Source of the DNA: Desulfobacterales bacterium
Lineage (GTDB): Bacteria; Desulfobacterota; Desulfobacteria; Desulfobacterales; UBA2174
Reading direction: 5' to 3'
Length of the DNA: 64,000 nt
NCBI GenBank assembly: GCA_963668645.2
Contig: CAXXWC010000021.1
Coordinates: forward strand, 1,472,001-1,536,000
In this document: positions 1 to 10,891 of the stretch, one piece after another
How positions within the stretch are numbered: the first letter of the stretch is position 1
Layout: each line of letters begins with the position of its first letter
Made by a program: the position numbers and the translations under genes
Notes under the pieces: generated by a model
The model's database searches: none
Told to the model about the DNA's origin: nothing
What the model saw: the letters and a program-made list of their open reading frames with translations, nothing else

Positions 1-1
1 G

Positions 2-826
2 ATAGGGCTTGGAAAGCAAAAACAGGCAGAACTCGTACATTCATACGGTGTATGGGGACTGGTCCATCTTATCCCGGCCAGCGCAGATGTAATTCTTAAA
101 AATAAGAACATTATTGCAGGTATCGGAATCGTCGAAAACGCATTGGATGAGACTGCTGTAATCGATGTTCTGGCGCCTGAAGATTTCCCGGAAAAAGAGA
201 AAATTCTATTCAAAAAATCCCAGGAACTGTATCCCTGGTTTCCCTTTCGAACCCTGGATGTGCTTATTGTCAACCAAATAGGGAAAAATATCTCCGGCAC
301 ATGCATGGATGCCAACTTGATCGGCCGCATGGGTGTCTGGGGCTTGGCGGACCCGGAAAAAGTATACGCAACGGGTGGAACTAAATTCATATCCACCCTC
401 ATTGAACATATCGTCGCCCTGAATCTTACCGATGAAAGCAACGGAAACGCGATCGGTGTCGGTCAGGCCGATGTCATAACGGAAAAACTGTATAACAAGA
501 TTGACTTAGAAAAAACATACAACAACGTTATTACTTCGAGCTTTCTTGGCAAGGGGAAAATTCCCTTGATTGCTCAAAATGATCGCGAAGCAATCAAGAT
601 CGCTTTGAACGCTCTCAATGGACTCATGTTGCTGGAAGGCAAAAAAAACGACGACAATGTCAAGGTGTGTTTGATAGAAAGCACCCTGCACAGAGGCAGG
701 ATGTGGATATCGAGAGGGCTGGAGCCGGAATTGCGTCAAAGAAACGACATCACGTTTATACGGGGCTATCAACCGGTTCCATTCGATGAACACGGCGATT
801 TACGGCTGGAGAAAGGAACTTCATAG
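2..826 (+). CDS. LarA-like / DUF2088 (lactate racemase N-terminal domain superfamily) protein, 5'-truncated by window edge
   Basis: Frame is open from base 2 ([13 protein letters not shown]...GIGIVENA); family-typical [24 protein letters not shown] and [10 protein letters not shown] motifs. Confidence 0.7.
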   Translation: MGLGKQKQAELVHSYGVWGLVHLIPASADVILKNKNIIAGIGIVENALDETAVIDVLAPEDFPEKEKILFKKSQELYPWFPFRTLDVLIVNQIGKNISGTCMDANLIGRMGVWGLADPEKVYATGGTKFISTLIEHIVALNLTDESNGNAIGVGQADVITEKLYNKIDLEKTYNNVITSSFLGKGKIPLIAQNDREAIKIALNALNGLMLLEGKKNDDNVKVCLIESTLHRGRMWISRGLEPELRQRNDITFIRGYQPVPFDEHGDLRLEKGTS

Positions 827-1596
827 TGGTTTCACCCAAATGGCGGTTGGAAGGCAAGCGCGCCTTGGTCACCGGCGGAACAAAAGGCATCGGATTCGCT
901 ATTGCCGAAGAAATATTGGAACTTGGCGGAGAGGTTTTTATCATTGCACGCGACGTGGAGCAGATTAAGACCTGCACAGATACATGGAAAAAGAAGGGAC
1001 ATAATGCCGCGGGAACGGCAGTGGATATCTCAAAACCACTTGAACTGCGTCAATTCTTCAAGCGACTTTCCGATCAGTGGGGATCGTTGGACATTTTAAT
1101 CAACAACGCCGGAATGAACATAAGAAAAAGGGCGGTTGACTATTCGGCCGAAGAGTACCGTTCGGTAGCCGAAATAAATTTGCACTCGACTTTCGAAACC
1201 TGCTGCCATGCCTATGCGCTTTTGAAAAATTCAGATTCGGCAGCGGTTGTGAACATTTTATCTGTAGCCGGCTTGACCCATCTTCGCACGGGAGCTCCCT
1301 ATGCAATGAGCAAAGCGGCAATCCACCAACTGACTAAAAATTTGGCAGTGGAATGGGCAAAAGACGGTATCCGTGTCAATGCGGTCGCGCCCTGGTACAC
1401 GCGGACCGCTTTCGTCGAACAATTGCTTCAAGATAAAAATTACAGGGAAGATATTCTCGCGAGAACACCTTTGGGCCGAACGGCAGAGCCGGCCGAAGTG
1501 GCATCGGCCGCCGTTTTTTTCTGTCTGCCTGCGGCCTCTTATATTACAGGCCAATGTCTGGCTGTGGACGGTGGATTTATGGTAAACGGATTTTAA
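826..1596 (+). CDS. Short-chain dehydrogenase/reductase, tropinone reductase-like
   Basis: TGGTKGIG Rossmann motif, NNAG, catalytic [15 protein letters not shown]; start overlaps upstream stop. Confidence 0.9.
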   Translation: MVSPKWRLEGKRALVTGGTKGIGFAIAEEILELGGEVFIIARDVEQIKTCTDTWKKKGHNAAGTAVDISKPLELRQFFKRLSDQWGSLDILINNAGMNIRKRAVDYSAEEYRSVAEINLHSTFETCCHAYALLKNSDSAAVVNILSVAGLTHLRTGAPYAMSKAAIHQLTKNLAVEWAKDGIRVNAVAPWYTRTAFVEQLLQDKNYREDILARTPLGRTAEPAEVASAAVFFCLPAASYITGQCLAVDGGFMVNGF

Positions 1597-1731
1597 ACGC
1601 CGAGATGCCCACGGCTGAGTTTTACCAGTTTGACTTTCGGCTTTCATCGCAAAACCGAAAGCGGCATGAACTTTGAAAAGGGAAAAGGCCGATCCGTATC
1701 GGTCTAAATCGTTACCTGCAACAAACCGCCC

Positions 1732-2457
1732 TCATCGGCCCTTTTTCCTCCCTGCGACACTGGCCTGGTATCGTTTGTAGCTATTGACGATCTCCCTTAT
1801 GTGCGATCTCATTTCCTTTTCAGCCCGCTCAGGGTCACGCCGGGCAATCGCTTCACAAACAGCACGGTGATGACGCTGCGATTGTTTAACCAATCCTGGC
1901 AGCAGCTCAATATTTTCATCGATAAATTTTTCCATGTATTGGTGAATCGCAATTGCAGGATCGTTTAAGAAACGATTGGCGGAAGCTACGGCTATCAATT
2001 CATGAAACTTGTGATCCAATTTTTTATATTCTTCATAGTCTTCATTTTTCAAACAAAGTTCCATTTTCCCTACCATTTCAAAAAGCGACTGAATCTGTTC
2101 ATCCGTGGCTTTTTGAGCGACCAGCTTTACTGCACCGCATTCGATTATTTCTCGAGCCTCCAGCAATTCATAGGTTGCTTCTTCATTGGAAAGCAGGGGC
2201 AGGTCATCCTTTTTTTTATTTAATTCCGGAATATTACCACGAATAACCGTTCCATAGCCGGGTCGCTGTTCAATCACCCCCAACAGGTCCAAAATTTTCA
2301 TGGCCTCCCGCAACGATGTGCGGCTCACGCCAAGTTCCAGGGACAAATCATTTTGGTTGGGCAGCTTTTCTCCCAGCATCAATTGCCCGTTGGCAAGTCG
2401 ATTTCGGATCTCGTCGATCACCTTCTCCGGAAGCTTTTTCCTCTCGATCATAGCCAT
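1732..2457 (-). CDS. GntR family (FadR subfamily) transcriptional regulator
   Basis: N-terminal wHTH (GEKLPNQNDLSLELGVSRTSLREA), C-terminal FCD domain (LDHKFHELIAVASAN, AIARRDPERAEKEMRSHI). Confidence 0.92.
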   Translation of the reverse strand: MAMIERKKLPEKVIDEIRNRLANGQLMLGEKLPNQNDLSLELGVSRTSLREAMKILDLLGVIEQRPGYGTVIRGNIPELNKKKDDLPLLSNEEATYELLEAREIIECGAVKLVAQKATDEQIQSLFEMVGKMELCLKNEDYEEYKKLDHKFHELIAVASANRFLNDPAIAIHQYMEKFIDENIELLPGLVKQSQRHHRAVCEAIARRDPERAEKEMRSHIREIVNSYKRYQASVAGRKKGR

Positions 2458-2737
2458 ATCGATCTCCCTCCGATGCGTTTAGGAAGCAAATTCAAATACA
2501 AACGGCGATCGATCCCCAAAATACGCTTCGCCGCATTATGAACCCGGGCAGGCCTGGAAATTTCTTTCCGAAGGTTTGGACCTACAAGCACAGCCGCCGC
2601 CTGGGCACTAATCATTTTGCCGACAACACGACTTATCGGCCCGCGGCTGGGGGAATATGCCCCTTTCCCCACAGGCCAATGCATTCGCCATTGCGGTCGA
2701 CGGCTCCTGGAATTGCTCGCAGAAGCACAAGTATTAT

Positions 2738-2785
2738 TATCATACAAAAATATTTTTTCAATTGTTTTTAATATGATCATACAAA
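2738..2785. promoter_or_regulatory. Candidate GntR-type operator (perfect palindrome TATGATCATA at 2772-2781; ATCATACAAA occurs twice)
   Basis: AT-rich intergenic region upstream of the GntR gene; palindrome and direct repeat seen in sequence; function inferred. Confidence 0.3.
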
Positions 2786-3140
2786 TCCAACTGCTCCCCG
2801 GAAAGGCCAACGAATCGAAAACAACTATCAATTCACCATATTTCTAAATAGTTAAACAAAGAGCTAACGACTCCGATTTATCACAGAACCTCACAACGAC
2901 GTATTGAGGTGCATGTGAAGATCTCCTTAGGGCACGGATGATCAAACGGGTGCCGGCCGGAGAATTTTCTTCCTATTCAGGACTTGATCAACCTGCAGGG
3001 CGTTATAGTGGGCAGCCGAGCGGATGTAGGTGGGTGCACCGAGGCTCCGGCGACATCGGCATGAAAAGGTGGCCGCCCAGCTTGTGGTTCCGGAGACTGA
3101 AAAGCCGGCAACCGCCCAGGGCGCACCAAAAGAATCATAT

Positions 3141-3980
3141 TCATCGCGGCGTAAGTGTCTTCTCGGCCGCGCAGGACCGGTAATACAAGGCCAACTCGCC
3201 CATCGCCTCCAATAAGAACATGCGTCCTTCTTCGATATAGACACTGACCGGCACTTTTCTGTCCCCCGCGACAACTTGATCGATGGCGCACAGATGAATG
3301 TCGATAATATCCTTGGGCGTTGCCTGCAACAGGCCAAGTCGCCCGGAAAAGGACTTTAATAATTTCGAATGCTCGCTATTTGTCTTGTAAGCCTGCTCGA
3401 TAACATATTTTTCGAACATCCGCATATACAGGCGAACCAGTTCGGTGAAACTCTCCTTGCTGACCTGCTGCAAGGACGGCCGGCTTGGGCCGAGCGGTTC
3501 GGGGCAGCCACCGAGTTGCACCATGGTTTTCAACTCTTGCAGTTCCTGCATGGCCCGCCGGGTCTTGTGATGCAGCTCCGCAAAAACGGCCACTTTTCTT
3601 TTCAGCAACTTTTCGTTAAAAGGTTTTATGATGTAGTCGGCGGCCTTCAGGTCGTAGCCTTTTAGCATATCATTAAGAGAGGTATATGCCGCGGTTATAA
3701 AAATGATGGGGATGTCCCCGGTTTTTTCGCGGTCTTGAATCAGCCTCGCGGTCTCGAAGCCATCCATTCCCGGCATTTGAACATCCAGCAGGATCGCTGA
3801 AAAATCCTGTTCCCTGAGCAGAATGGACAACGCTTCTCTACCGGAATTGGCCAGCACGCACTGATAGCCCGGCTCATCGAGGATCGCGGTCAGCGCCAGC
3901 AGGTTTTCCGGGTGGTCGTCTACGAGCAAAAGTTTGGTGGCGTATGTTGTTTCTATTTGCCGGCTCATAGTACTATGCAA
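3141..3980 (-). CDS. Response regulator: canonical receiver domain fused to a KaiA3-like (KaiA C-terminal / RsbU_N fold) helical domain
   Basis: REC with VDD, LLDVQMP, FITA, IKPF intact; C-terminus EQAYK...LGLLQATPKDIIDIH...EEGRMFLLEAMGELALYYR resembles the KaiA/KaiA3 C-terminal motif; last gene of the kaiBC run; alternative ATG at 3968. Confidence 0.82.
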   Translation of the reverse strand: MHSTMSRQIETTYATKLLLVDDHPENLLALTAILDEPGYQCVLANSGREALSILLREQDFSAILLDVQMPGMDGFETARLIQDREKTGDIPIIFITAAYTSLNDMLKGYDLKAADYIIKPFNEKLLKRKVAVFAELHHKTRRAMQELQELKTMVQLGGCPEPLGPSRPSLQQVSKESFTELVRLYMRMFEKYVIEQAYKTNSEHSKLLKSFSGRLGLLQATPKDIIDIHLCAIDQVVAGDRKVPVSVYIEEGRMFLLEAMGELALYYRSCAAEKTLTPR

Positions 3981-4842
3981 TTTTTCGATAGACGGACAGA
4001 TTCCTGTCTATGGCTTCGTAACGATCCGCGTAAGGGGACAAACGCAGGTTTTCCCTGCTGCCGAGCACCAGGATGCCTTGCAGCTCAAGACTGTCGTACA
4101 GGACTGCATGCACACGTCTGGTCAGCACCTCGTCGAAGTAAATCATGACATTGCGACACAAAATCAGATTAAAGACGTTAAATGACGAATCCGTGATCAG
4201 GTTGTGGTGGGCGAAGGTGATATTTTCCTTTAGGCGGCCATCAAAGGCTGCGGCGCCGAAACGGGCGACATAGTATTTTGCAAAGACATCGGCGCCCCCG
4301 GCTGCCCGATAGTTTTCCGTGTATTGCTGCATCTGGCCCAGTGCAAAGATGCCTTCGCGGGCCTTTTGCAGCGACTCGTCATTGATGTCCGTTGCGTAGA
4401 TGCGAGCACGCTTGTAGAGTTCCAGTTCTGTCAAAATGATCGCTATGGCGTAGACCTCTTCGCCGCTGGAGACGCCGACATGCCAGATGCGCAGGAAGGG
4501 GTAGCTTGCCATAGGGGGCAGAACGCGCTCTCTCAGCAGCACGAACACTTTCGGATCGCGGAACATTTCGGTGTAAGTAACCGTGATCTGGCGGATGAGC
4601 TTCTTTGCCCAATGCTTGTCATGCAAGGCGTACGCCTGCAGCTGCGAGATGGAACTCAACTGCTCATCTTGTATCAGCTTCAATATGCGCCGCCGCAACG
4701 ATGCACGGGCATAATGGCGAAAATCATAGCCATAACGCAGATAGAGCCCCTCAGTGAGCAGGTCCAACTCGATCTCATCGACAGGCTGACTGGTGTCAGG
4801 CAACCCCCGGGGTAGCCGTTGATGATTTTTCTCACTTGGCAT
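3973..4842 (-). CDS. cheR: CheR-type protein-glutamate O-methyltransferase (non-chemotaxis class)
   Basis: [55 protein letters not shown]; overlaps kinase stop by 11 bp. Confidence 0.93.
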   Translation of the reverse strand: MPSEKNHQRLPRGLPDTSQPVDEIELDLLTEGLYLRYGYDFRHYARASLRRRILKLIQDEQLSSISQLQAYALHDKHWAKKLIRQITVTYTEMFRDPKVFVLLRERVLPPMASYPFLRIWHVGVSSGEEVYAIAIILTELELYKRARIYATDINDESLQKAREGIFALGQMQQYTENYRAAGGADVFAKYYVARFGAAAFDGRLKENITFAHHNLITDSSFNVFNLILCRNVMIYFDEVLTRRVHAVLYDSLELQGILVLGSRENLRLSPYADRYEAIDRNLSVYRKIA

Positions 4843-7800
4843 AGAGCCAGACGCGCAGCAATGACAGCAATTGTTCTTTGTCGATCGGCTTGGCCAGATA
4901 GTCCGACGCGCCGGCGTCGATGCAAGCCCCCCGGTCGGAGGGCATGGCCTTCGCGGTGACGGCGATAATCGGCAGTTTCTTGAACTGCTCTAGCTTGCGA
5001 ATCTCCCGGGTCGCCTCCAGCCCATCCATACCCGGCATCATGATGTCCATGAGCACGACATCCACGCCCTTTTTTGATTTGAGCAAATCGATGCCGTCCC
5101 GGGCATTCTCGGCACTCAACACATTCATGCCGCTTTGCTCCAAAATGGTGCTGAGACTGAAGACATTGCGCACATCATCGTCAATAATCAACACCGTTTT
5201 ACCTTGCAGGGTGTCATCCTGCTGTTCCTTAAGTTTTTTTAACATTTCCTGCTTGGATCGGTCCATTCTTTCAACGCTGCGGTGCAGGAACAGGGATGTT
5301 TCCGCCAGCAGGCGTTCATGTGAGTTCACCCCCTTGATGATCAGGTTGTCACTGAATTTTCTCAGTGCCAGTTCTTCCTTTTCCGTCAATTCCTTGCCGG
5401 TATAGACAATGATGGGAAGATTGACCAAGTGCCCCTCTTCATGCAACTGCCGAAGCAATTCAAACCCCGTCATGTCCGGAAGCCCGACATCCAGCACCAC
5501 GGCATCGATTTGGTTCTGCGCGATCTGCTGTTTGGCTTCTTCGCCGGTGCCCACGGCGATTGTGTGGACGTCCTTGTTGCCGATCAACTCGACCAGGGCC
5601 TGGCGCTCTGTCTCGTCATCCTCGACGATCAACAGGTTGCGCATCCCTCGTCCGTGAAAATGCACCAGACGTTCAAAAACCTCGCCTAGCGCCTCCAGAC
5701 TGGCCGGTTTGCGCAAATAGCCGATGGCGCCGAGATTCAGACCGCGCTGTTGTTCGTCTTCCACCGAAAGAATATGTACCGGGATGTTGAGTGTTTTCGG
5801 ATCCCGTTTCAGGTGGTCCAACACGGCCCAACCACTCATCGCCGGCAGTTGCAGGTCCAGGAGGATGGCCATGGGGTGGTATTTGCGCGCCATGGCGAGT
5901 CCGACATCTCCACTGGTGGCGACGAGGGCCTTCAGGCCGCGCGCGTGCGCCATGTCCCTGACGATCTTGGCGAAACTGATGTCGTCTTCCACAATCAAAG
6001 CGATGATGTCGCCTTCTTCGATCCGGTTGCGATCATCTTCAATCTCAACATACTGGGGGCCTTGCAAAGTCAACGCTTCATCGCTGCCCGCATCCGAAAC
6101 TGAGGCCCTGAAGATTGCCATGTCCTTTGCGCCAGCGTTTTTCGGTTCAGGACGCACGGCCGGTTTGCCCATCGGCGACGCATCGTGGTCAACGGGCAGA
6201 TAGAGCGTAAACACGCTGCCGTTGCCGGGCGCGCTTTCCAGCCTGATCTCGCCTTCCAGCAACCGGGCGATCTCACGGCTGATGGAGAGCCCCAGGCCGG
6301 TGCCGCCGTATTTTCTTGCAGTAGAGCCATCGGCCTGCTGAAAGGCCTCGAAAATCACCTTCTGCTTGTCTTGCGGGATGCCGATGCCGGTGTCTGCCAC
6401 CCTGAAAGCAACCACCCGTGCTGCTCTGCTCAGCGCCTCCTGATCAAAACTCCAGCCGGAACGAACGCTTGTGATTGCCAAGGTGACCTTGCCCCTGTCG
6501 GTAAATTTGAAAGCGTTGGATAACAGGTTTTTCAGAATCTGCTCCAGCCGTTTCCGATCCGTGTTGATGCTTGGCGGCAATGCGTCATCCAGGGTCACTT
6601 CGTATTGCAGACCCTTTTCTTTGGCCACCGGCGCAAAATTGCGCTTCATGTTGTCCAGCGTCATTTTCAAGGAAGTCTGCTCCCGTTCAAGCGATATCTT
6701 GCCCGACTCGATCTTGGACAGGTCCAGAATCTCGTTGATCAGCACGAGCAGGTCGGAACCCGAAGCGTGAATGGTGTCGGCAAACTCCACCTGCTTTTCC
6801 GTCAGATTGTGATCCTTGTTTTCCGCCAGCAATTGCGACAAAATCAGCAGACTGTTCAACGGGGTGCGCAGTTCGTGGGACATGTTGGCGAGAAATTCGG
6901 ACTTGTACTTCGAGGAAAGCGCCAGTTGTTCCGCCTTGTCCATCAGTTCCAGGCGCGCCTTTTCGACTTCCCTGTTCTTGACTTCAACCTCGCGCTTTTG
7001 CTCTTCCAGCAAACGGGCCTTGTCCTCGAGTTCCTCATTGGTCTGGCGCAATTCCTCCTGCGCGCTTTGCAGCTCCTCGGTCTGGCCCTGCGACTGGCGC
7101 AGCAGGTCCTCGGTGCGTTGCGTCGCCTGGATGTTGTTCATATTGATGGCGATACTCTCGGCGAGCTGATCCAGGAAACTGATCTGGATTTCGTTGAAAC
7201 GACTGAACGAGGCCAGTTCGATCACGGCCAGGACCTCGTTTTCGTAACAGATGGGCAAAAGCACGATATTCAGTGGAGTGGCCTCCCCCAGGCCCGAGTT
7301 GATCTTGATATAGTCCCCGGGGGCCTCGGTGATGAGGATGCGTTGCCTCTCATCGGCGGCCTGTCCCACCAGTCCCTCACCGATTGCGAAGCGATCCGAC
7401 AGGTGCTTGCGCTGTTTGTAGCCGTAGCTGGAAAACAGCCGCAGTTGCGGCTCCTGATGGTCCTTTTCCATCAAATAGAACACGCCATGCTGCATATTGA
7501 CCACGCCTGCCAGCTCTTTGAGCACCTTCTCGGCTGCCAGCTTGAGATTCTTTTCTCCTTGCAGCATGCGGGTGAAGTTTGTCAGATTGGTTTTGAGCCA
7601 ATCCTGCTCCTGGTTGACCTGGGTGGTTTGCGCCAGTGTGGTGATCATCTCATTGACGTTGTCCTTGAGGGTGGCCACCTCGCCGCGCGCCTCGACACTG
7701 ATGCTGCGCGACAGATCTCCCTTTGTGACCGCCGTGGAAACCTCGGCGATGGCGCGCACCTGAGTGGTCAGGTTATTGGCCAGTTCGTTGACGTTGGCCG

Positions 7801-10800
7801 TCAGATCCGCCCACACGCCCTGAGCCCCGGGCACCTTGGCCTGCCCGCCAAGGCGACCGTCCACGCCCACCTCACGCGCCACGCTGCTCACCTGATCGGC
7901 GAATATCGCCAGGGTATCGATCATTTCGTTCATGGTTTCGGCCAGCCCGGCAATCTCGCCGCGCGCCGTCACCGTCAGTTTCTTGCGCAGGTTGCCGGCG
8001 GCCACCGCGTTGACCACGTGGATGATGCCGCGTACCTGGTCGGTAAGGTTGGAAGCCATCTGGTTGACGTTGTCGGTCAGTTCGCGCCAGGTGCCGGAAA
8101 CCCCTTTGACGGCGGCCTGGCCGCCCAGCTTCCCATCGGTACCCACCTCGCGCGCCACCCGGGTCACCTCCGAGGCGAAGGTCGATAGCTGGTCCACCAT
8201 GATGTTGATGGTTTCTTTCAGTTTTAAAATTTCGCCGGCCGCCTCCACCGTAATCTTGCGGCTCAGGTCACCCTGGGCCACCGCGGTGGTCACCTCGGCG
8301 ATGTTGCGCATCTGGTCGGTGAGATTGGCGGCCATCTGGTTCACGTTGTCGGTCAGGTCCTTCCAGACGCCGGCCACCCCCGGCACGACGCCTCGGCCGC
8401 CCAGCTTGCCATCGTTGCCCACCTCGCGCGCCACCCGGGTTACCTCCGAGGCGAAAATCGACAACTGGCTCACCATATCGTTGAGGGTGTTCTTCATCTC
8501 CAGGATCCCGCCCCTGGCATCCGCGGTAATCCGTTGGGACAGGTCGCCGCGCGCCAGGGCCGACGCCACCTCGGCGATGCTGCGCACCTGGCCGGTCAGA
8601 TTGGCGGCCATCTGGTTGACGTTGTCGGTCAGGTCCTTCCAGATGCCCGAAACCCCTTCCACCCGGGCCTGCCCCCCCAGCTTGCCATCGGTGCCCACCT
8701 CGCGCGAGACGCGGGTCACCTCCGAGGCGAAGGTCGATAGCTGATCGACCATGATGTTGATAGTTTCTTTCAGTTTTAAAATTTCGCCGGCCGCCTCCAC
8801 CGTGATCTTGCGGCTCAGGTCACCCTGGGCCACCGCGGTGGTCACCTCGGCGATGTTGCGCACCTGGCCGGTGAGGTTGGAGGCCATCAGGTTGACGTTG
8901 TCGGTCAGGTCTTTCCAGGTGCCCGAGACCCCCTCCACCTTGCCCTGGCCACCCAGCTTGCCATCGGTACCCACCTCACGCGCCACCCGGGTCACCTCCG
9001 AGGCGAAGGCCGACAACTGTTGCACCATGGTGTTGATCGTGTTCTTCAGATCCAGGATCTCGCCCTGGGCCTCGATGGTGATTTCGCGGTTCAGGTCACC
9101 CTGGGCCACCGCGGTGGTCACCTCGGCGATGCTGCGCACCTGGCCGGTCAGATTGGCGGCCATCAGGTTCACGTTGTCGGTCAGGTCTTTCCAGATGCCC
9201 AGGACCCCTTCCACCCGGGCCTGGCCACCCAACTTGCCATCGGTGCCCACCTCGCGCGCCACCCGGGTCACCTCCGAGGCGAAGGTCGACAACTGTCGCA
9301 CCATGGTGTTGATCGTGTTTTTCAGGTCCTGAATTTCGCCCTGGGCCTCGGTGGTAATCTCACGGCTCAGGTCACCCTGGGCCACCGCGGCGGCCACCTC
9401 GGCGATGCTGCGCACCTGGCCGGTCAGATTGGCGGCCATCAGGTTCACGTTGTCGGTCAGGTCCTTCCAGATGCCGGCAACCCCTTCCACCGTGGCCTGC
9501 CCACCCAGCTTGCCCTCGGTGCCCACCTCGCGCGAGACGCGGGTCACCTCAGCGGCGAAGGTCGATAGCTGATCGACCATGATGTTGATGGTTTCTTTCA
9601 GTTTTAAAATTTCGCCGGCCGCCTCCACCGTGATCTTGCGGCTCAGGTCACCCTGGGCCACCGCGGTGGTCACCTCGGCGATGTTGCGCACCTGGCCGGT
9701 GAGGTTGGAGGCCATCAGGTTGACGTTGTCGGTCAGGTCTTTCCAGGTGCCCGAGACCCCCTCCACTTTGCCCTGGCCACCCAGCTTGCCCTCGGTACCC
9801 ACCTCGCGCGCCACCCGGGTCACCTCGGCGGCGAAGGCCGACAACTGTTGTACCATGGTGTTGATCGTGTTCTTCAGATCCAGGATCTCGCCCTGGGCCT
9901 CGATGGTGATTTCGCGGCTCAGGTCACCCTGGGCCACCGCGGTGGTCACCTCGGCGATGCTGCGCACCTGGCCGGTCAGATTGGCAGCCATCTGGTTCAC
10001 GTTGTCGGTCAGGTCTTTCCAGGTGCCCGAGACCCCCTCCACCCTGCCCTGGCCACCCAGCTTGCCCTCGGTGCCCACCTCGCGCGCCACCCGGGTCACC
10101 TCCGAGGCGAAGGCCGACAACTGTTGCACCATGGTGTTGATGGTGTTCTTCAGGTCCTGGATCTCGCCCTGGGCCTCGATGGTGATTTCGTGGCTCAGGT
10201 CACCCTGGGCCACCGCGGTGGTCACCTCGGCGATGCTGCGTACCTGATCGGTCAGATTAGCGGCCATCTGGTTGACGTTATCTGTCAGATCCTTCCAGAT
10301 GCCGGAAAACCCTTCCACCCTGGCCTGGCCGCCCAGCTTGCCCTCGGTGCCCACCTCGCGCGAGACGCGGATGACCTCCTTGGCGAAATTTTGCAGTTGA
10401 TCCAGCATGATATTAATGGTGTTGGCCATCCCCAGAAACTGCCCCCTGAGTGGCCGTCCATTCAGTTCAAGCTCGACCTTTTGATTGAGGTTACCCTCGA
10501 CCACGGATCCGATGATGTGTGCGACCTCGTTGATGGGCTGAACCAGATCGCCGATCAGTTGATTCAACGTGTCCACGTTATCGGCCCACGTGCCGTTAAG
10601 ACCTTTCTTCTTGAGCCGGTATCCGGTATTGCCCTCGTGCACGACCGTACGGGTGGCAACGTTGATCTCCTTGTTGAGCGCCGTGGCCAGCTCCATGATT
10701 TCGTCAAGCGCACCGACGATTTCACCATCGATACCGGTCAAGTTGTCAGGCAATTGAAATGTGAATCTGCCTTTGGCGATATTGCGCAAGGCGGCAAGGA

Positions 10801-10846
10801 TTTCTCTTTTATTCAGAGTAACCTTCTGGTTTGTATTGGCACTCAT
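4832..10846 (-). CDS. Cytoplasmic poly-HAMP hybrid histidine kinase (about 11 92-aa HAMP repeats, GAF, coiled coil, HisKA, HATPase, 3 REC)
   Basis: Repeated W(K/R)(D/E)LTDNVN units; H-box [17 protein letters not shown] boxes [23 protein letters not shown]; three receivers (LLDLQLP, VLDVGLP, LMDIMMP); no transmembrane segment evident. Confidence 0.95.
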   Translation of the reverse strand: MSANTNQKVTLNKREILAALRNIAKGRFTFQLPDNLTGIDGEIVGALDEIMELATALNKEINVATRTVVHEGNTGYRLKKKGLNGTWADNVDTLNQLIGDLVQPINEVAHIIGSVVEGNLNQKVELELNGRPLRGQFLGMANTINIMLDQLQNFAKEVIRVSREVGTEGKLGGQARVEGFSGIWKDLTDNVNQMAANLTDQVRSIAEVTTAVAQGDLSHEITIEAQGEIQDLKNTINTMVQQLSAFASEVTRVAREVGTEGKLGGQGRVEGVSGTWKDLTDNVNQMAANLTGQVRSIAEVTTAVAQGDLSREITIEAQGEILDLKNTINTMVQQLSAFAAEVTRVAREVGTEGKLGGQGKVEGVSGTWKDLTDNVNLMASNLTGQVRNIAEVTTAVAQGDLSRKITVEAAGEILKLKETINIMVDQLSTFAAEVTRVSREVGTEGKLGGQATVEGVAGIWKDLTDNVNLMAANLTGQVRSIAEVAAAVAQGDLSREITTEAQGEIQDLKNTINTMVRQLSTFASEVTRVAREVGTDGKLGGQARVEGVLGIWKDLTDNVNLMAANLTGQVRSIAEVTTAVAQGDLNREITIEAQGEILDLKNTINTMVQQLSAFASEVTRVAREVGTDGKLGGQGKVEGVSGTWKDLTDNVNLMASNLTGQVRNIAEVTTAVAQGDLSRKITVEAAGEILKLKETINIMVDQLSTFASEVTRVSREVGTDGKLGGQARVEGVSGIWKDLTDNVNQMAANLTGQVRSIAEVASALARGDLSQRITADARGGILEMKNTLNDMVSQLSIFASEVTRVAREVGNDGKLGGRGVVPGVAGVWKDLTDNVNQMAANLTDQMRNIAEVTTAVAQGDLSRKITVEAAGEILKLKETINIMVDQLSTFASEVTRVAREVGTDGKLGGQAAVKGVSGTWRELTDNVNQMASNLTDQVRGIIHVVNAVAAGNLRKKLTVTARGEIAGLAETMNEMIDTLAIFADQVSSVAREVGVDGRLGGQAKVPGAQGVWADLTANVNELANNLTTQVRAIAEVSTAVTKGDLSRSISVEARGEVATLKDNVNEMITTLAQTTQVNQEQDWLKTNLTNFTRMLQGEKNLKLAAEKVLKELAGVVNMQHGVFYLMEKDHQEPQLRLFSSYGYKQRKHLSDRFAIGEGLVGQAADERQRILITEAPGDYIKINSGLGEATPLNIVLLPICYENEVLAVIELASFSRFNEIQISFLDQLAESIAINMNNIQATQRTEDLLRQSQGQTEELQSAQEELRQTNEELEDKARLLEEQKREVEVKNREVEKARLELMDKAEQLALSSKYKSEFLANMSHELRTPLNSLLILSQLLAENKDHNLTEKQVEFADTIHASGSDLLVLINEILDLSKIESGKISLEREQTSLKMTLDNMKRNFAPVAKEKGLQYEVTLDDALPPSINTDRKRLEQILKNLLSNAFKFTDRGKVTLAITSVRSGWSFDQEALSRAARVVAFRVADTGIGIPQDKQKVIFEAFQQADGSTARKYGGTGLGLSISREIARLLEGEIRLESAPGNGSVFTLYLPVDHDASPMGKPAVRPEPKNAGAKDMAIFRASVSDAGSDEALTLQGPQYVEIEDDRNRIEEGDIIALIVEDDISFAKIVRDMAHARGLKALVATSGDVGLAMARKYHPMAILLDLQLPAMSGWAVLDHLKRDPKTLNIPVHILSVEDEQQRGLNLGAIGYLRKPASLEALGEVFERLVHFHGRGMRNLLIVEDDETERQALVELIGNKDVHTIAVGTGEEAKQQIAQNQIDAVVLDVGLPDMTGFELLRQLHEEGHLVNLPIIVYTGKELTEKEELALRKFSDNLIIKGVNSHERLLAETSLFLHRSVERMDRSKQEMLKKLKEQQDDTLQGKTVLIIDDDVRNVFSLSTILEQSGMNVLSAENARDGIDLLKSKKGVDVVLMDIMMPGMDGLEATREIRKLEQFKKLPIIAVTAKAMPSDRGACIDAGASDYLAKPIDKEQLLSLLRVWLYAK
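7640..10600 (-). repeat. Intragenic 276-bp tandem repeat array encoding the poly-HAMP region, with a higher-order 828-bp periodicity
   Basis: Near-identical blocks start at 8199, 8751 and 9579 (offsets 552 and 828 = 2x and 3x 276); 10 clear plus 1 degenerate protein repeats. Confidence 0.9.
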
Positions 10847-10891
10847 CTGGAACCGTCCTTTTATCCGTGATTAAATTGCCGTGGTGCCCGG

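Noticed and set aside
2831..3140. Short ORFs downstream of the KaiA-like gene
   Set aside because: Overlapping, low-complexity translations with no motif or RBS support.
3973..4842. Chemotaxis operon
   Set aside because: No cheA, cheW, cheY, cheB or MCP genes nearby.
6605..8188. 527-aa plus-strand ORF (and other long antisense ORFs at 9848-10870, 20988-22292, 31727-32797, 33748-35484, 59806-61434)
   Set aside because: Shadow ORFs opposite well-supported GC-rich genes; no recognisable motifs.
7640..10600. Regular repeats that could be mistaken for a CRISPR array
   Set aside because: Units are 276 bp, in frame, without unique spacers, and encode HAMP domains; no cas genes.
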